From NCBI RefSeq assembly GCF_902652985.1, contig NC_047030.1, positions 34,534,001 to 34,598,000 of the forward strand: a stretch of DNA of 64,000 nucleotides, read 5' to 3'. The notes beneath the pieces are model-generated. The model had not been told where the DNA came from, did no database searches, and saw only the letters and a list, made by a program, of their open reading frames with translations. Below are positions 37,011 to 50,269 of the stretch, piece after piece. The stretch is from Pecten maximus (taxonomy: Eukaryota). How positions within the stretch are numbered: the stretch's first letter is position 1; each line of letters begins with the position of its first letter. A program made the translations under genes and the position numbers.

Positions 37011-39914
37011 ATAATTATACAGTTAGGACACTGCTTTATATACAGCTATATATCCATGAATAAATGATAAACTGGCTTGCCATAAACCCCTGTGAATTGA
37101 CCTTGGGTTGAGAAGTCGTGTCAAGTCCCTGTGACATAATCAATATCGCAATAGCGAGGAGTATGCATGCCATTAATCGTGAATTGAACAACATCACATA
37201 TATACTATTGTAATAAATATTCTTGACGGCTTGACGTACTAACGATTATTGTACATTATTGCTATCGGTTTTTACTTATTATTTTGGGAATTTCGAGATT
37301 TCAAGCAGCTTGAATTTTCCCTTTGATTTCAACGAGATATTGTTCCAACAGCTTGACTTTTCAACTTATGAATAAACATTGCCAAAGTTTGCAAATTTTT
37401 GTGTTAAAATCCATGTTTTTGCTGAAAATTTCATTAGAATTTTCAGAATGTAAAATGCCACCGAGTCACTTCATTGAAAGCCCGGAAATGCCCTCTTTTA
37501 ATATTGTGATATGTAAAAATTTTATGTTGATATTTCTATAAATTATATATAATACAGCCAAATATATGGAAAGCTGAGACTTCAATCTTCTGTTAAATTA
37601 GTTACTAACAAAATCCTTGGAAAGCAGTATTTTATAATTCGTTGCCTAATTTTCTCTATATAGTTTAAATATACACAGTAGCCAATAAATTGTAGCATGC
37701 AACCTGTCGTTAAGTTATTATCTCCCCTGAAGTTTATAGCAGTCTCGGACTTTTCCCCTGTCATTATGTAATGTTCCGAAGGGTTCCACAATAAGCCAGA
37801 AAACAACAACACACGTGAGGAAGGGCAAGTAAGTAAACAAACAACTATCTAGATAAAGTAGGTATGATAGCAAGTCAGCAAAATAGGCATGGGGGTGTTT
37901 AAAGAGGTGAAATACGAAAATACTATTTAGATTCACCAACTGTTATCTTTAGGATTTTCTCCGCGATCGACTATCTTCTCACATCATCATGAATGTCAAT
38001 GTAAGGTTAGCTTGTGCGTGGCACGTTTAGTTTTACTGTTCTAGTCCGTCACCGATCATGTCAGTGTTGAATGGATAACTTGACAAGACAAGCACAAATA
38101 TTGCCAAATATGTGCCAGTCTAAATCACGATCTTGGGCTTGCGGACAATTAATTATCAGCTGATTATAGCACAGGCATATTTTGACAGAAATTATATAAC
38201 TTAAATTGAGATAACGTGTACCAGCCCTACTACAAACAGCGTTATTTAATATATTATATATTCTATAATGGCAATTGTGCCTTTTATACCATGCCCGAAT
38301 TTTGTCTTTGGATCCCAGTTAAAATTGCTGGCTGAGTTTATCATAATTAATCAATTAGTACCCTATATATATATATATATGTATATTGTCCTGAGTATGG
38401 TTGTTGTAATTGGAAATTAAAAGCATTTGATACTTTTCCTGTGAGTATAGATTTCTAAAATATTGAACACTGACTGTGCTTAAGCAAACTTGACAATAAT
38501 TTTAATGCCTAATTTCATGATACATTTGTAATGTAATAATGTACACTGTATAAAGCTAAGTTATTATAAATAAATATGACAATAACTCATTATGCAATGC
38601 ACATTTATATTGATTATATATTTTTTTTTTTAAAGAAAAAAATGCACGATATGTAAGTCCAAATATTTTATTGATTCTGTTAAATTTACATAAATCAGAA
38701 ATGTAAAACAGTGTTTACTTTACAGTATAACTTTTGTGTTTTCTAACTGAAAATCGTTATTCATGATGGCCAAACATCAATTGCAAGGTATTTAAATTTT
38801 CAGTGATAAATACACTTAATAATTAGAAATAAATATGACTTAAGTATGAAAGTCTTCAAGTCATTTAACCATCAGGTTGTTTATGAAGAAAGGTCTTCAT
38901 GATCAATAAATAGATCATCAAGTCATTTATATATGTACAAAGTCTTCCATAAAACCATGAAGTCATTTTTATGTACTAAATCTTCAATAAACTATGAAGT
39001 CAATTATGTACAAAAGTCGTCAATAAACTATCAAGCAATTTATGTACAAAAATCTTCCATAGCATCTAGCTATGTACATAACTATCTCAAATTTAGAATT
39101 GGGAATTTTAACTGGTTGTTGGATTGGAAAAATTTCCAATTTTGCTGTGGGGAATTGGGCCGAAATTCTGCCCCCAAAAAAGTCCTGGATATATATATAT
39201 GCCCAAGGTATTTGGTGGAACAATATGTTTTAAATTGGATGTCATAGGTATACACATATGGATGTTATATAGGTATTATAATTATATAAAGAATTTTCAC
39301 TTTATACTTTGAGTTGTAACTGTGACAGATCTAGAGCCTTTTATATTATATTTAATTTTAATGCCTTATATACATGTATATAATTGGCTGGGATTCAAGC
39401 CTGGGAGCACAGGCTAATACTGGACGAATGAAAGAGAAACTTTCTTTAATTGAGTCGGTAGATGGAGAGCATTTATTTACATATTATCTACCAAGACTAT
39501 GTACAGCATGTATAGATATAACCCTCAGGTCCATATATTATTCATGAAACATACATTGAATTAATAAGAAACATCTTTTATTCAAGTACATGTACACAAA
39601 GTGATATAAATATTATTATTGATATACTAATATAGGTATGTAGATCAATGCATGCTCATCTATACATGCAATATATGCAGACAGCATCTGATTTACTGTG
39701 TAGCAGTCGTTAATGCAGAGTATGAAAATGTAACAGACGTTATTATAGTTTTTGACGGAATAAACTCTTAGGTATACGGTATTACTAAGTATATGCTGTT
39801 GCTTTGGACATGTGTGTCCAGTTCACTGATTTCTGCTGGCGATAATGGTAACACTTTACTAGAATATTTTTAAAGGAATATTCTTATTTCTTAATATAGA
39901 TGTTGTTGGATAAC

Positions 39915-39947
39915 TTATTAGTCCCTTACCACTGGAGGCGAGGGAAA

Positions 39948-39981
<34 letters not shown>

Positions 39982-40210
39982 CTATCCGATTCCTCCCTGT
40001 CCCTCTGTCTGTCTGTCTGTCCGTTCACTCAGTTTGATCACCTATGCTTCAAAGTATGTCGGTGAAAGTTGGTACAACGTTATGTTACTTCAGTATGAGT
40101 AGCTACAGATCGAGTTCGAGTTTCAGGGTTTTTGGGTCAAGGTCAATGTCACTATTTTCAGTGGGGGCCGGAAGGGGACATTGCATTGCTTTAGCAATAC
40201 CCAGCATGCT
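39915..40210 (+). mobile_element. HINE/Helentron-like fragment upstream of SLC25A35 (truncated copies at ~48550-48750 and ~58415-58620)
   Basis: TTATTAGTCCC start, GTCT microsatellite, GGTCAAGGTCA, GGGGAC plus terminal hairpin ATTGCTTTAGCAAT. Confidence 0.6.
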
Positions 40211-40725
40211 TTCAAGTTTAAACTGCAAGTCCAAAGTGCAAGTTAAGTTACTTATATGTGAACCAATTTTAGCTTTGAATTCCTATTAGAGATTTGATGA
40301 TATATAATTATGCGTAAGTAAAGAAGGGGCTGATTTGTAATCTCAGTGGCTTAATTGATTGTGATCTCGGGAGCTTATTTGTAAGCAGGGGCTTATTTGT
40401 GAGCAGGGGCTTATTCGTGGATAGATACTGTATGTAAATTATTTGTGGTAGGTAAATCTAGGACCAGATTGAGGACAAAGAACCCTGAACCTGAATTATT
40501 CTACATCATGTTAATGAAATCTGAGTGCTACATTTAATTTATTGCAAATTTTTGTTTTATTTTGCAGATAGACCGGTTGAAAGAAAAAGACTCAAGACAT
40601 TTTGAGGGGTGCATCATGCTGAATGCAGAGAAGAGTTTATTAATCAAGATTAATGTTTTACAATTCACACAAATGTCAAAACATACAACAGTATTTTTAT
40701 AGTTACATATACGTCTTATGTCAGC

Positions 40726-41112
40726 ATGGCTCAAATAGAGGAGTTCGTTATAGGCGCCTTAAGCACAAGCTGTGCAGGATTTTTCACAAATCCCTTGGAA
40801 GTAGTTAAGACACGCATGCAGCTTCAGGGAGAACTCCAAGCACGGGGGAATTACCCTGTCCACTACCGCAACGCCTTACATGCATTTTACACCATCGCTA
40901 AAAAGGATGGATTCATCAAGCTTCAGAATGGCCTTGTTCCTGCTCTTTGGTATCAAATGACTATGAATGGATTTCGTCTTGGTACATATCAGGTGTTCGT
41001 AAACTACGGACTGACCAAAGATAAAAACGGAGACGTGGTCATTTACAAAAGTATTGTAGCTGGCGCTTTGGCAGGAAGTGTCGGAGCTTGTATGGGAAGT
41101 CCGTTCTACATG
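40726..41112 (+). CDS. SLC25A35: SLC25A35-like mitochondrial carrier copy 1, coding exon 1
   Basis: FTNPLEVVKTRMQLQGEL, LQNGLVPALWYQ..MNG.RLG.Y; GT donor at 41113. Confidence 0.93.
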
Positions 41113-41645
41113 GTAACTATAACGACAAATGGCCGAGGAAACAACATGTACTTCTAATGGTGTCTCTAGCCAATGATCACCGTCTTCATGTTGTCTTCGG
41201 ACATACCTATACATAGGAAATAAATCAATTATATATATATATCTTTTTAAAAAAAAACAAGTAGCTATATTGATGTACTATTGTTTTTTCTCGCCTGCCA
41301 TATTAATATAAGAGACAATTTGTTTATCTTTTCAACAGTTTCAAACTGCTCATAATAATAATTATGTCAACAAATGTTTAAGAATTATCATTTGGGCGCA
41401 TGCGCAGTAGCTTGAAAGTTGTCGGTGCTAAAATGCTTGCAAAAAGAAATTATCTATATTTAAGACCACATGTATCAAGTTTGTTTAAAACAATCAAAAT
41501 TTTCAAATTAACTGATAGGTGTAGAATTATGATATCTGGACAGCAGTTTACGACGCAGTCTAGAATTTATTCGGAAGTTCGTGATTTTGATTCCTACCCT
41601 ACCAGTCACAAAATTTTATTCTTTTCTTTTAAATGCATTTTGTAG

Positions 41646-41864
41646 GTGAAAACTCATCTCCAGTCCAAATCGGTACAACAGATAGCGGTGGGATACCAAC
41701 ACGACCACCAGAATATGAGAGGAGCGTTCCGCAGTGTATACAGTGAAAGTGGAATTCTGGGACTGTGGAGGGGTGTGCTGGCAGCCATGAGTAGAGTCAC
41801 AGTCGGATCGGCTGTACAGCTCACTACCTTCTCAAAAATCAAAGAGGCTATTGTGAAAAAGAAG
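41646..41864 (+). CDS. SLC25A35: SLC25A35 copy 1, exon 2
   Basis: VKTHLQ..IAVGYQH..GLWRG..RVTVGSAVQL; AG/GT, phase 0. Confidence 0.93.
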
Positions 41865-42271
41865 GTCAGTGTTTTAACATATTTGAATTTTCGTAAGTAC
41901 AATGTACATTTTTCTGTGGCTAAGTACTATAGTTGACCTGGATCTGTAATCCATTGTATGATGGAAATGGACGACTTGTTTCATGTTATTACTTCTATTC
42001 TCCATCTGTAGACATAAATTAAAAGTGGAGATTCGAGTAAGAGGTCACTTTACTAGCTCATGTATCAGACTAGCAGGGATCTTCCTTTAGCTCGGTATAT
42101 AGAGCGGAGAACCGACAAGCCCGTGAGGAGGCACACTAATTGTGTTTCCTGTTACAAGATGAATTGATTTCATTCCTTCATGTTCAAAAGTCAAGGTCAA
42201 AAGTCAAGGTCACATATGTCATTTTCATTTTTCTTGCATCATAAAGTTTACTTCTCATTATATATATAATT

Positions 42272-42452
42272 AGGGGCCACGGTGGCTGAGTGGTTAAGGT
42301 GTCCCGACACTTTATCACTATATACATGTAGCCCTCCACCTCTGGGTTGCGAGTTCGAAACATACATGGGGTACTCCGCCTTCCTCCACCTCCAAAGCCT
42401 GGCATGTCCTTAAATGACCCTGGCTGGTAATAGGACATTAAACAAACAAACA
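42272..42452 (+). mobile_element. tRNA-derived V/CORE-type SINE in intron 2 (orthologous copies at 50710-50905 and 60577-60790)
   Basis: GGTGGCTGAGTGGTTAAGG A-box, GAGTTCGAAAC B-box, GGTACTCCG..TTCCTCCACC core, (AAAC)n tail. Confidence 0.75.
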
Positions 42453-42510
42453 ATATTTGATCAAGTTGGTGGAATAACAAATTTTAAATATTGATTTGCG
42501 TATGTTTCAG

Positions 42511-42828
42511 GTATTTGCGGAAGGAAGTGCCTTAGTTTCGCTGTGTGCCAGTACAACAAGTGGTGTAGTAGTGACGTTATTTATGACGCCGTTTGATGTC
42601 GTGTCGACTCGGATTTACAATCAGGGCCTTGATGCTCAGGGGAACGGCCTACTCTACAAAGGAGTAGCGGACTGTTATTTAAAGATCTTCCGGGAAGAGG
42701 GACTCTGGGGTTTCTATAAAGGCTGGGGACCCTCCTTCCTCCGTCTAGTTCCACATACAATGCTAAGTCTTATGTTTTGGGACCAGTTGAGGGATTTTTA
42801 CGGCAGATTTAAATCGAGAAATGTATGA
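42511..42828 (+). CDS. SLC25A35: SLC25A35 copy 1, exon 3 (protein 307 aa)
   Basis: MTPFDVVSTRIYNQ..EGLWGFYKG..RLVPHT; TGA. Confidence 0.93.
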   Translation, partial: VFAEGSALVSLCASTTSGVVVTLFMTPFDVVSTRIYNQGLDAQGNGLLYKGVADCYLKIFREEGLWGFYKGWGPSFLRLVPHTMLSLMFWDQLRDFYGRFKSRNV

Positions 42829-44799
42829 TATTTGATAAAGTTTTTAGTCTTACTATCAGTACCAGCTGAGGGATTTTTACGGCAGATTTAAATCAAGAAA
42901 TGTATGATATTTGATGAAGTTTTTAGTCTTACCAAATACATGTACATATTGTACAATTCTTTTTGACAGGTTTTGAAAAATACTTTTTATGTATTGTATT
43001 TTTAAAACAATGAAATATTTTAAAAATTGTTTAGATTATTAATAAGCAATATTTACGATTTATAATAATATTCAGCAATCTAAGTTTGTTGAATGAGTTA
43101 TTGTAGATGTATTATGTATATTTTTACTATGTAAAAGTAGATGATATTGTTTGTGGAAATCAAAAGAACATTGGCTATGTAGGGGAGATAACTCATCAGA
43201 GCTTCACCATTTTTCCTGTGTCTGTGGAAATACTCAGACTGTGTAACATTGGCTATGTAGGAGAGATAACTCATCAGAGCTTCACCATTTTTCCTGTGTC
43301 CGTGGAAATACTCAGACTGTGGTCTCTTCAAACTCTGTGTGATAACGTGGACAATTTCACATTTTCTGTGAACTGAAAATCAAGTATTTTGATCATGCTG
43401 ATGAATTACATTGGAATGTTTTAAGACTGAGAATGTATTTCTGAATAATTTTCCTGTATTGGTATCAGATATCAATGAAATAAATATATTATTGTCCACT
43501 TGCCATGTCTAGGGACAATTTGAATTCATCGGATATGAATATTTTTGCAGTGATTTAATTAATGTGAAAAATGTGAGCAATAATTTTAATTAAATCCAGC
43601 AAAATTAACATTGTTACATTTCTCTTTGTTGTAGTACTGTCTGACAATCTCTCCAAAAACCTCAATGTTAAGTAATAAAGGGGTCCCTCGAAGCATTTTG
43701 ATTGGTCAAATTTGAAAAGGTGCTGATTTTGACCAAATTTATAATTAAATATATAACACAACTCACAATACTGATACTTCAGTTAGCATTGTTAAAGGCA
43801 TAATAAGGCCTAGGATATTTCATTACAAAAACATTGTCTGTTTTAATTTATATGATTATATAATGCGTAATGAGCAAACTTATGAAACTTTATCCGTACA
43901 TGAATCATGAGTTGGTGGAATACGAGCATCAATATTTCTGTATTTAATTACAATTATGACAGTAGAAGGAAAAAAAAACAATGTAAGAAGATATTTTTTA
44001 AATTTATTTATTCGACTTGAGACTCTTTTCTCTGAAAACTGGACATATATTTTTTCCATATGAATATCGTAAATCCTACTACTTTAAGAGTGCAGTGGTG
44101 TTTTGTGTTACTAGAGTAAATGCATTTCGATCAGAATTTTTTACCCGAGAAGTAGATTGGGCCCTTGGGCCTCTTGTTTAATATAATTCCTTGCATTCCA
44201 TCATCTTAACAGGTACAGCAAGTTATAACTGAAGTCATACCTGTGAATTTGTGTATTATATACATGTGTTTATATATCAGAATAAAATGGTGTTTTAGGT
44301 CACATGACACTGTCTATGAGCTGACTTTATGTGGGCAGAAATATTGCGTTTATTCATCAGATTTACACATCATGGTCAACATTTTGAATCAAATCATTTC
44401 AAGTGAAATTACCAGTGGAAATTTTGCAGAATTTGATGATTCAAATTCAGTTATTTTTTATTGACTCATTCCATTTCACACCTACTGAACAAGTTTTTAA
44501 TCGAGTCATTTAAAATTTGAAATTACTAGTGGCAATTTTGTATGAAATCATGCAAGCTGAATTTGTTACTAACTTGTTGAGGAAATTCAAAAATACTGAC
44601 CAAATGTTTTTATCAGATTATTTCAAGTTTACAATTACCAGCATAAATGTCGTATGAAGTTATTCAAGCTGAATATGTTATGAACTCATTGATCAAATCA
44701 AAACATACTGACCATAATTATGTATCAAAATGTGTTAACATGCACCATTGAATTTGAAATATATTATCATGCAATAAAATATATAAATTTGTGAGAAAT

Positions 44800-46040
44800 C
44801 ATCAAATATACTGGGCTACAGAAATTTGATACCATTTGTCAACTCGCCAAGACATATTGGGTCACAGGGATTTGTCACCATTTGTCAACTCATCAAGACA
44901 TACTGGGTCACAGGGATTTGTCACCATTTGTCAACTCGCCAAGACATACTGGGTCACAGGGATTTGTCACCATTTATTAACTCACCAAGACATACTGGGC
45001 CACAGGGATTTGGCACCATTTATCAAGTCACCAAGACATACTGGGACACAGGGATTTGGCACCATTTGTCAACTCACCAAGACATACTGGGCCACATTGA
45101 TTTGGCACCATTTATTAACTCACCAAGACATACTGGGACACAGGGATTTGGCACCATTTGTCAACTCACCAAGACATACTGGGCCACATTGATTTGGCAC
45201 CATTTATTAACTCACCAAGACATACTGGGCCACAGGGATTTGGCACAATTTGTCAACTCACCAAGACATACTGGGTCACAGGGATTTGTCAACTCACCAA
45301 GACATACTGGGCCACAGGGATTTGTCACCATTTATCAACTCACCAAGACATACTAGGCCATTGGGATTTGTCACCATTTATCAACTCACCAAGACATACT
45401 GGGTCACAGGGATTTGTCACCATTTATTAACTCACCAAGACATACTGGGCCACAGGGATTTGGCACCATTTATCAAGTCACCAAGACATACTGGGACACA
45501 GGGATTTGGCACCATTTGTCAACTCACCAAGACATACTGGGCCACATTGATTTGGCACCATTTATTAACTCACCAAGACATACTGGGACACAGGGATTTG
45601 GCACCATTTGTCAACTCACCAAGACATACTGGGCCACATTGATTTGGCACCATTTATTAACTCACCAAGACATACTGGGCCACAGGGATTTGGCACAATT
45701 TGTCAACTCACCAAGACATACTGGGTCACAGGGATTTGTCAACTCACCAAGACATACTGGGCCACAGGGATTTGTCACCATTTATCAACTCACCAAGACA
45801 TACTAGGCCATTGGGATTTGTCACCATTTATCAACTCACCAAGACATACTAGGCCATTGGGATTTGTCACCATAATCAGCTCATCAAGACTTACTGGGCC
45901 ACAGGGATTTGTCACCATTTATCAACTCACGAAGACATACTAGGCCATAGGGATTTGACACCATTTGTTAACTCACCAATACATACTAGGCCACAGGGAT
46001 TTGGCAACATTTGCCAACTCTACAAGATATACTGGGCAAC
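44800..46040. repeat. 46-bp minisatellite, unit-1 copy (~27 units)
   Basis: CAACTCACCAAGACATACTGGGCCACAGGGATTTGGCACCATTTGT. Confidence 0.95.
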
Positions 46041-46084
46041 AAGCACAATTGCAACCATGAATCCTATTAATCTTGCATACTTTT

Positions 46085-46292
46085 GGTTTGTTTTGTTTAA
46101 CGTCCTATTAATAGCTAGGGTCAGTTAAGGATGTGCCAGGTTTTGGAGGTGGAGGAAAGCCGGAGTACCCGGAGAAAAACCACCGACCTACGGTTAATAC
46201 CTGGCAACTGCCCCACGTAGGATTCGAACACGCATCCCCAGAGGTGGAGGGCTAGTGATAAAGTGTCGGGACACCTGAACCACTTAGCCACC
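46085..46292 (-). mobile_element. V/CORE-type SINE, minus strand (paralogue at 54710-54895)
   Basis: Reverse complement of the intron-2 SINE family. Confidence 0.8.
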
Positions 46293-49237
46293 ATTGGTGT
46301 CGGGATAGTGTCAGTTTCCTCTGGCCCTGGCACCAGACATGGTGATCAACGTGTATGTAAATGAGCTCACTAGCTTATATAATTTTTAGTTCTCTTCTGG
46401 TGAAACCGGGGGACTAAAGGTTTCTTCTCCGTCCGTATTCTACGTGCACAAAGATTGTCAGCGCTCCAGCGGCTTAATTTCTTAAGGGATTTTGATCAAA
46501 CTTCACACAATGATACATGTCCATAATGATATTACTATTTTTGATGGGGAGAGGGAAGGGGACTTGTATTACTTCATACTCAATATTCCAAAAGTCTTTG
46601 TCAAGCATACCGTAACGACATTTTGATACCTCCACCACCTCCCGGGAGGGCTCCTTGGGATACAAAATAAATGTTTGGGACTTGGACAGCTGGGGCCTGT
46701 TTCACACACCCAAGTTGACGCCGGACTGGAGGCGGATACTTGTAGGATTTTCTTATCCTCTCTGGATCTCTCAGCAGGTCCATCAATTGAACGTCGAACT
46801 CTTGGTGGAAATCTTCCGGAAGTCCAGATCTTCATCAAACCAGAAGCTCCTAGTTCCGTCCAGGTAAGTTTGAAAGGAGTTTGATTTTTATTTCTATTTT
46901 CTTTGATATTTCTTGCGTTGCCGAGGGCTAGACGGCAAATGTTTATTTGTTATTTGGGTAATTATTTTAGATGATGGAGAGAAGACTCAAATATTCCCGC
47001 GTTTCACTACGTAATTGTCTTTGCGGCTATGGCGTAGGACCTTGGCGCGCGAGCGTGATCTGTTCTGTGTATAGGCATTCTGTAGTCAGACGCCGGGCAG
47101 TGCAGGTCGAATTTGTGTTTTTTGTTTGGTTTTTGTATTTTGAATACGTTCACACCAATATGTAAGATTACTTGGGTAGTGGTGCTATACTAAGTGTAGC
47201 GAGGCAGTATTTATTGCAGGTTTATAGGTTGGTTCCGGGGTTCAATAATCTTCATCTTCATTTATTTTTTATTTATTTTTATTCGGAAAATAAAGATACA
47301 ACTTGTAGTATATTGTAAAGTTTTCGATTTATTTGTTTAGTCACTTAGTTTTGTGGTAGACAGAATTGATAAATACATGTGTAGTTTAACGCAGGACAAA
47401 CTTTACTCCTAGACCATCCTGCAATGGGCTGTAGTAGTTCTCAAGCCTTTATTAATGCAAGTTAGCAATATGACACAGGTTTCCGGGAACAGCTCCAGAT
47501 TTCCAAAACATTGAACACTGACTGTGCTTAGGCAAACTTGACAATAATTTTAATGCAATAATTTATGATACATTTAATAATGTACATTGTACAAAGCTAA
47601 ATTAAATAAATATCACAATAACTCATTATGCAATGCACATTTATATTGATTATATTAAAAAATGTGCATGATATATCAATCCAAATATTTTGATTATGCT
47701 AAATTTACATGTTACGTAAATCAGAAACGTAAAACAATGTTAACTTTACAGTATATTACTTTTGTGTTATCTAACCGAAAATACTTGCGCTCGTTATTCA
47801 TGATGCCCAATTATATTAACAAACATCATCAAGGTATTTAAATTTTCAGTGATAAATACACTTAATAATTAATAATAAATATTACTTAAGTATGAAAGTC
47901 TTCAAGTCATTTAACCATCAGGTTGTTTATGAAGAAAGGTCGTCATGATCGATAGATCATCAAGTCATTTATATATGTACAAAGTCTTCCATAAAACCAT
48001 GAAGTCATTTTTATGTAAAAAAAAGTTCTCAATAAACCATGAAGTCATTTATGTACAAAAGTCGTCAATAAACCATCAAGCAATTTATGTACAAAAATCT
48101 TCCATAGCATCTAACTGTGTACATAACTATCTCAGAAGAATAGATGTCGTTTCAGTTCATCTGATATATATAGATATATATGCCCAATGTATTTGATGGA
48201 ACAATATGTTTTAAATTGGATGTCATAGGTATATTATATAGGTATTATAATTATATAAAGAATTTTCACTTTGTACTTTGAGTTGTAACTGTGACAGACC
48301 TAGAGCCTTAGAGATGATTATAAATTATATCTATATTTAATACTTTATTTATAATATAATTGGCTGGGATTTAAGCCTGGGAGCACAGGCTAATACTGGA
48401 CGAACGAAAGAGAAACTTTCTTTGAGTCGGTAGATAGGAAGCAGCTATTTACATATGTGCCAAGGCTACGAACAGAATGTATAGTTATAACCCTCAGGTC
48501 CATATATATTATTCATGAAACGTACATTGAATTAATAAGAAACATCTTCGATTCCGTCTGTCTATTCACTTAGTTTTATCACCTATGCTTCAAAGTATGT
48601 CGGTGAAAACTGGTACAACGTTATGTAACTTCAGTATGAGTAGTTACAGATCTAGTTCGAGTTTCAGGGTTTTTGGGTCAAGGTCAATGTTACAATTTTT
48701 AGTGGGGGCCGGAAGGGGACATTGCATTGCTTTAGCAATACCCAGCAAACTTTCAAGTTTAAACTGCAAGTCCAAAGTGCAAGTTAAGCTACTTATATAT
48801 GAACCACTTTTAGCTTCAAATTCCTATTAGAAATTTAATGATTATGCAGAAGTAAAGAAGTGGCTTGATTTTGATCTCAGGGATTTATTTGTGAGCAGGG
48901 GCTTATAATTTATTTGCGGATAAATACCGTATGTAAAGTATTTGTGGTAGATAAATCTAGGACCAGATTGAGGACAAAGAACCCTGAACCTGAATTATTC
49001 TACATCATGTTATTGAAATATTCTGGAGTTTTTTAGTGCTACATTTAAGTCATTGCAGATTTTTGTTTTATTTTGCAGGTAGACCAGTTGAAAGAAAAAG
49101 ACTCGAGATATTTTAATGGGCGCATCATGCTGAATGCAGAGAAGAGTTTATTAATCAAGATTAATGTTTTACAATTCACGCAAATGTCAAAACATACAGC
49201 AGTGTTTTTATAGTGTACATATACTTTTTAAGTCAGC

Positions 49238-49624
49238 ATGGCTCAAATAGAGGAGTTTGTCATAGGCGCCTTAAGCACAAGCTGTGCTGGATTTTTCACA
49301 AATCCCTTGGAAGTAGTTAAGACACGCATGCAACTTCAGGGAGAACTCCAAGCACAGGGGAATTACACTGTCCACTACCGCAACGCCTTACATGCGTTTT
49401 ACACCATCGCTAAAAAGGATGGATTCATCAAGCTTCAGAATGGCCTTGTTCCTGCTGTTTGGTATCAAATGACAATGAATGGATTTCGTCTTGGTACATA
49501 TCAGGTGTTCGTAAACTACGGACTGACCAAAGATAAAAATGGAGATGTGGTCATTTACAAAAGTCTTGTAGCTGGTGCTTTGGGAGGAAGTGTTGGAGCT
49601 TGTATAGGAAGTCCGTTCTACATG
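49238..49624 (+). CDS. SLC25A35: SLC25A35 copy 2, coding exon 1
   Basis: 387 bp, intact, GT donor. Confidence 0.93.
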
Positions 49625-50050
49625 GTAACTAACGACAAATGGCCGAGGAAAACAACATCTACTTTGATCCAATGGTGTCTCTAGCCAATGGTTACAGCAG
49701 CTAGTCTTCATGTTGTCTTCGGACGTACCTATACATAAGATATAAATCAATTACATATATATCTTTTTAAGAAACAAGTAGCTATATTGATGTACAATTG
49801 TTATTTCTCGCCTGCCATATTAATATAAGAGACAATCTGTTTATATTTTCAACAGTTTCAAGCTGCTAAGACCACAGTTATCAAATTTTCTTCAAATAAT
49901 CAAAATTTTCGAATTAACTGAAAGGTGTAGAATTATGATATATGGATAGTAGTTTACGATGCTGTCTAGAATTTATTCGTAAGTTCGTGATTTTGATTCC
50001 TACCCTGCCAGTCACCGAATATTTTCTTTTCTATTAAATGTATTTTGCAG

Positions 50051-50269
50051 GTGAAAACGCATCTCCAGTCCAAATCGGTACAACAGATAGCGGTGGGATA
50101 CCAACACGACCACCAGAGTATGAGAGGAGCGTTCCGCAGTGTATACAGTGAAAGTGGAATTCTGGGACTGTGGAGGGGTGTGTTGGCAGCCATGAGTAGA
50201 GTCACAGTCGGATCGGCTGTACAGCTCACTACCTTCTTCAAAATCAAAGAGGCTATTGTGAAAAAGAAG
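50051..50269 (+). CDS. SLC25A35: SLC25A35 copy 2, exon 2
   Basis: 219 bp, AG/GT. Confidence 0.93.

Noticed and set aside
40044-40289. 81-aa ORF present in all three units
   Set aside because: Lies within a HINE fragment; its conservation only reflects the recent duplication
40876-41214. Antisense ORFs over SLC25A35 exons (also in copies 2 and 3)
   Set aside because: Shadow frames of the real coding strand
44826-45943. Overlapping THQDILGH ORFs
   Set aside because: The 46-bp unit is not a multiple of 3; satellite translation
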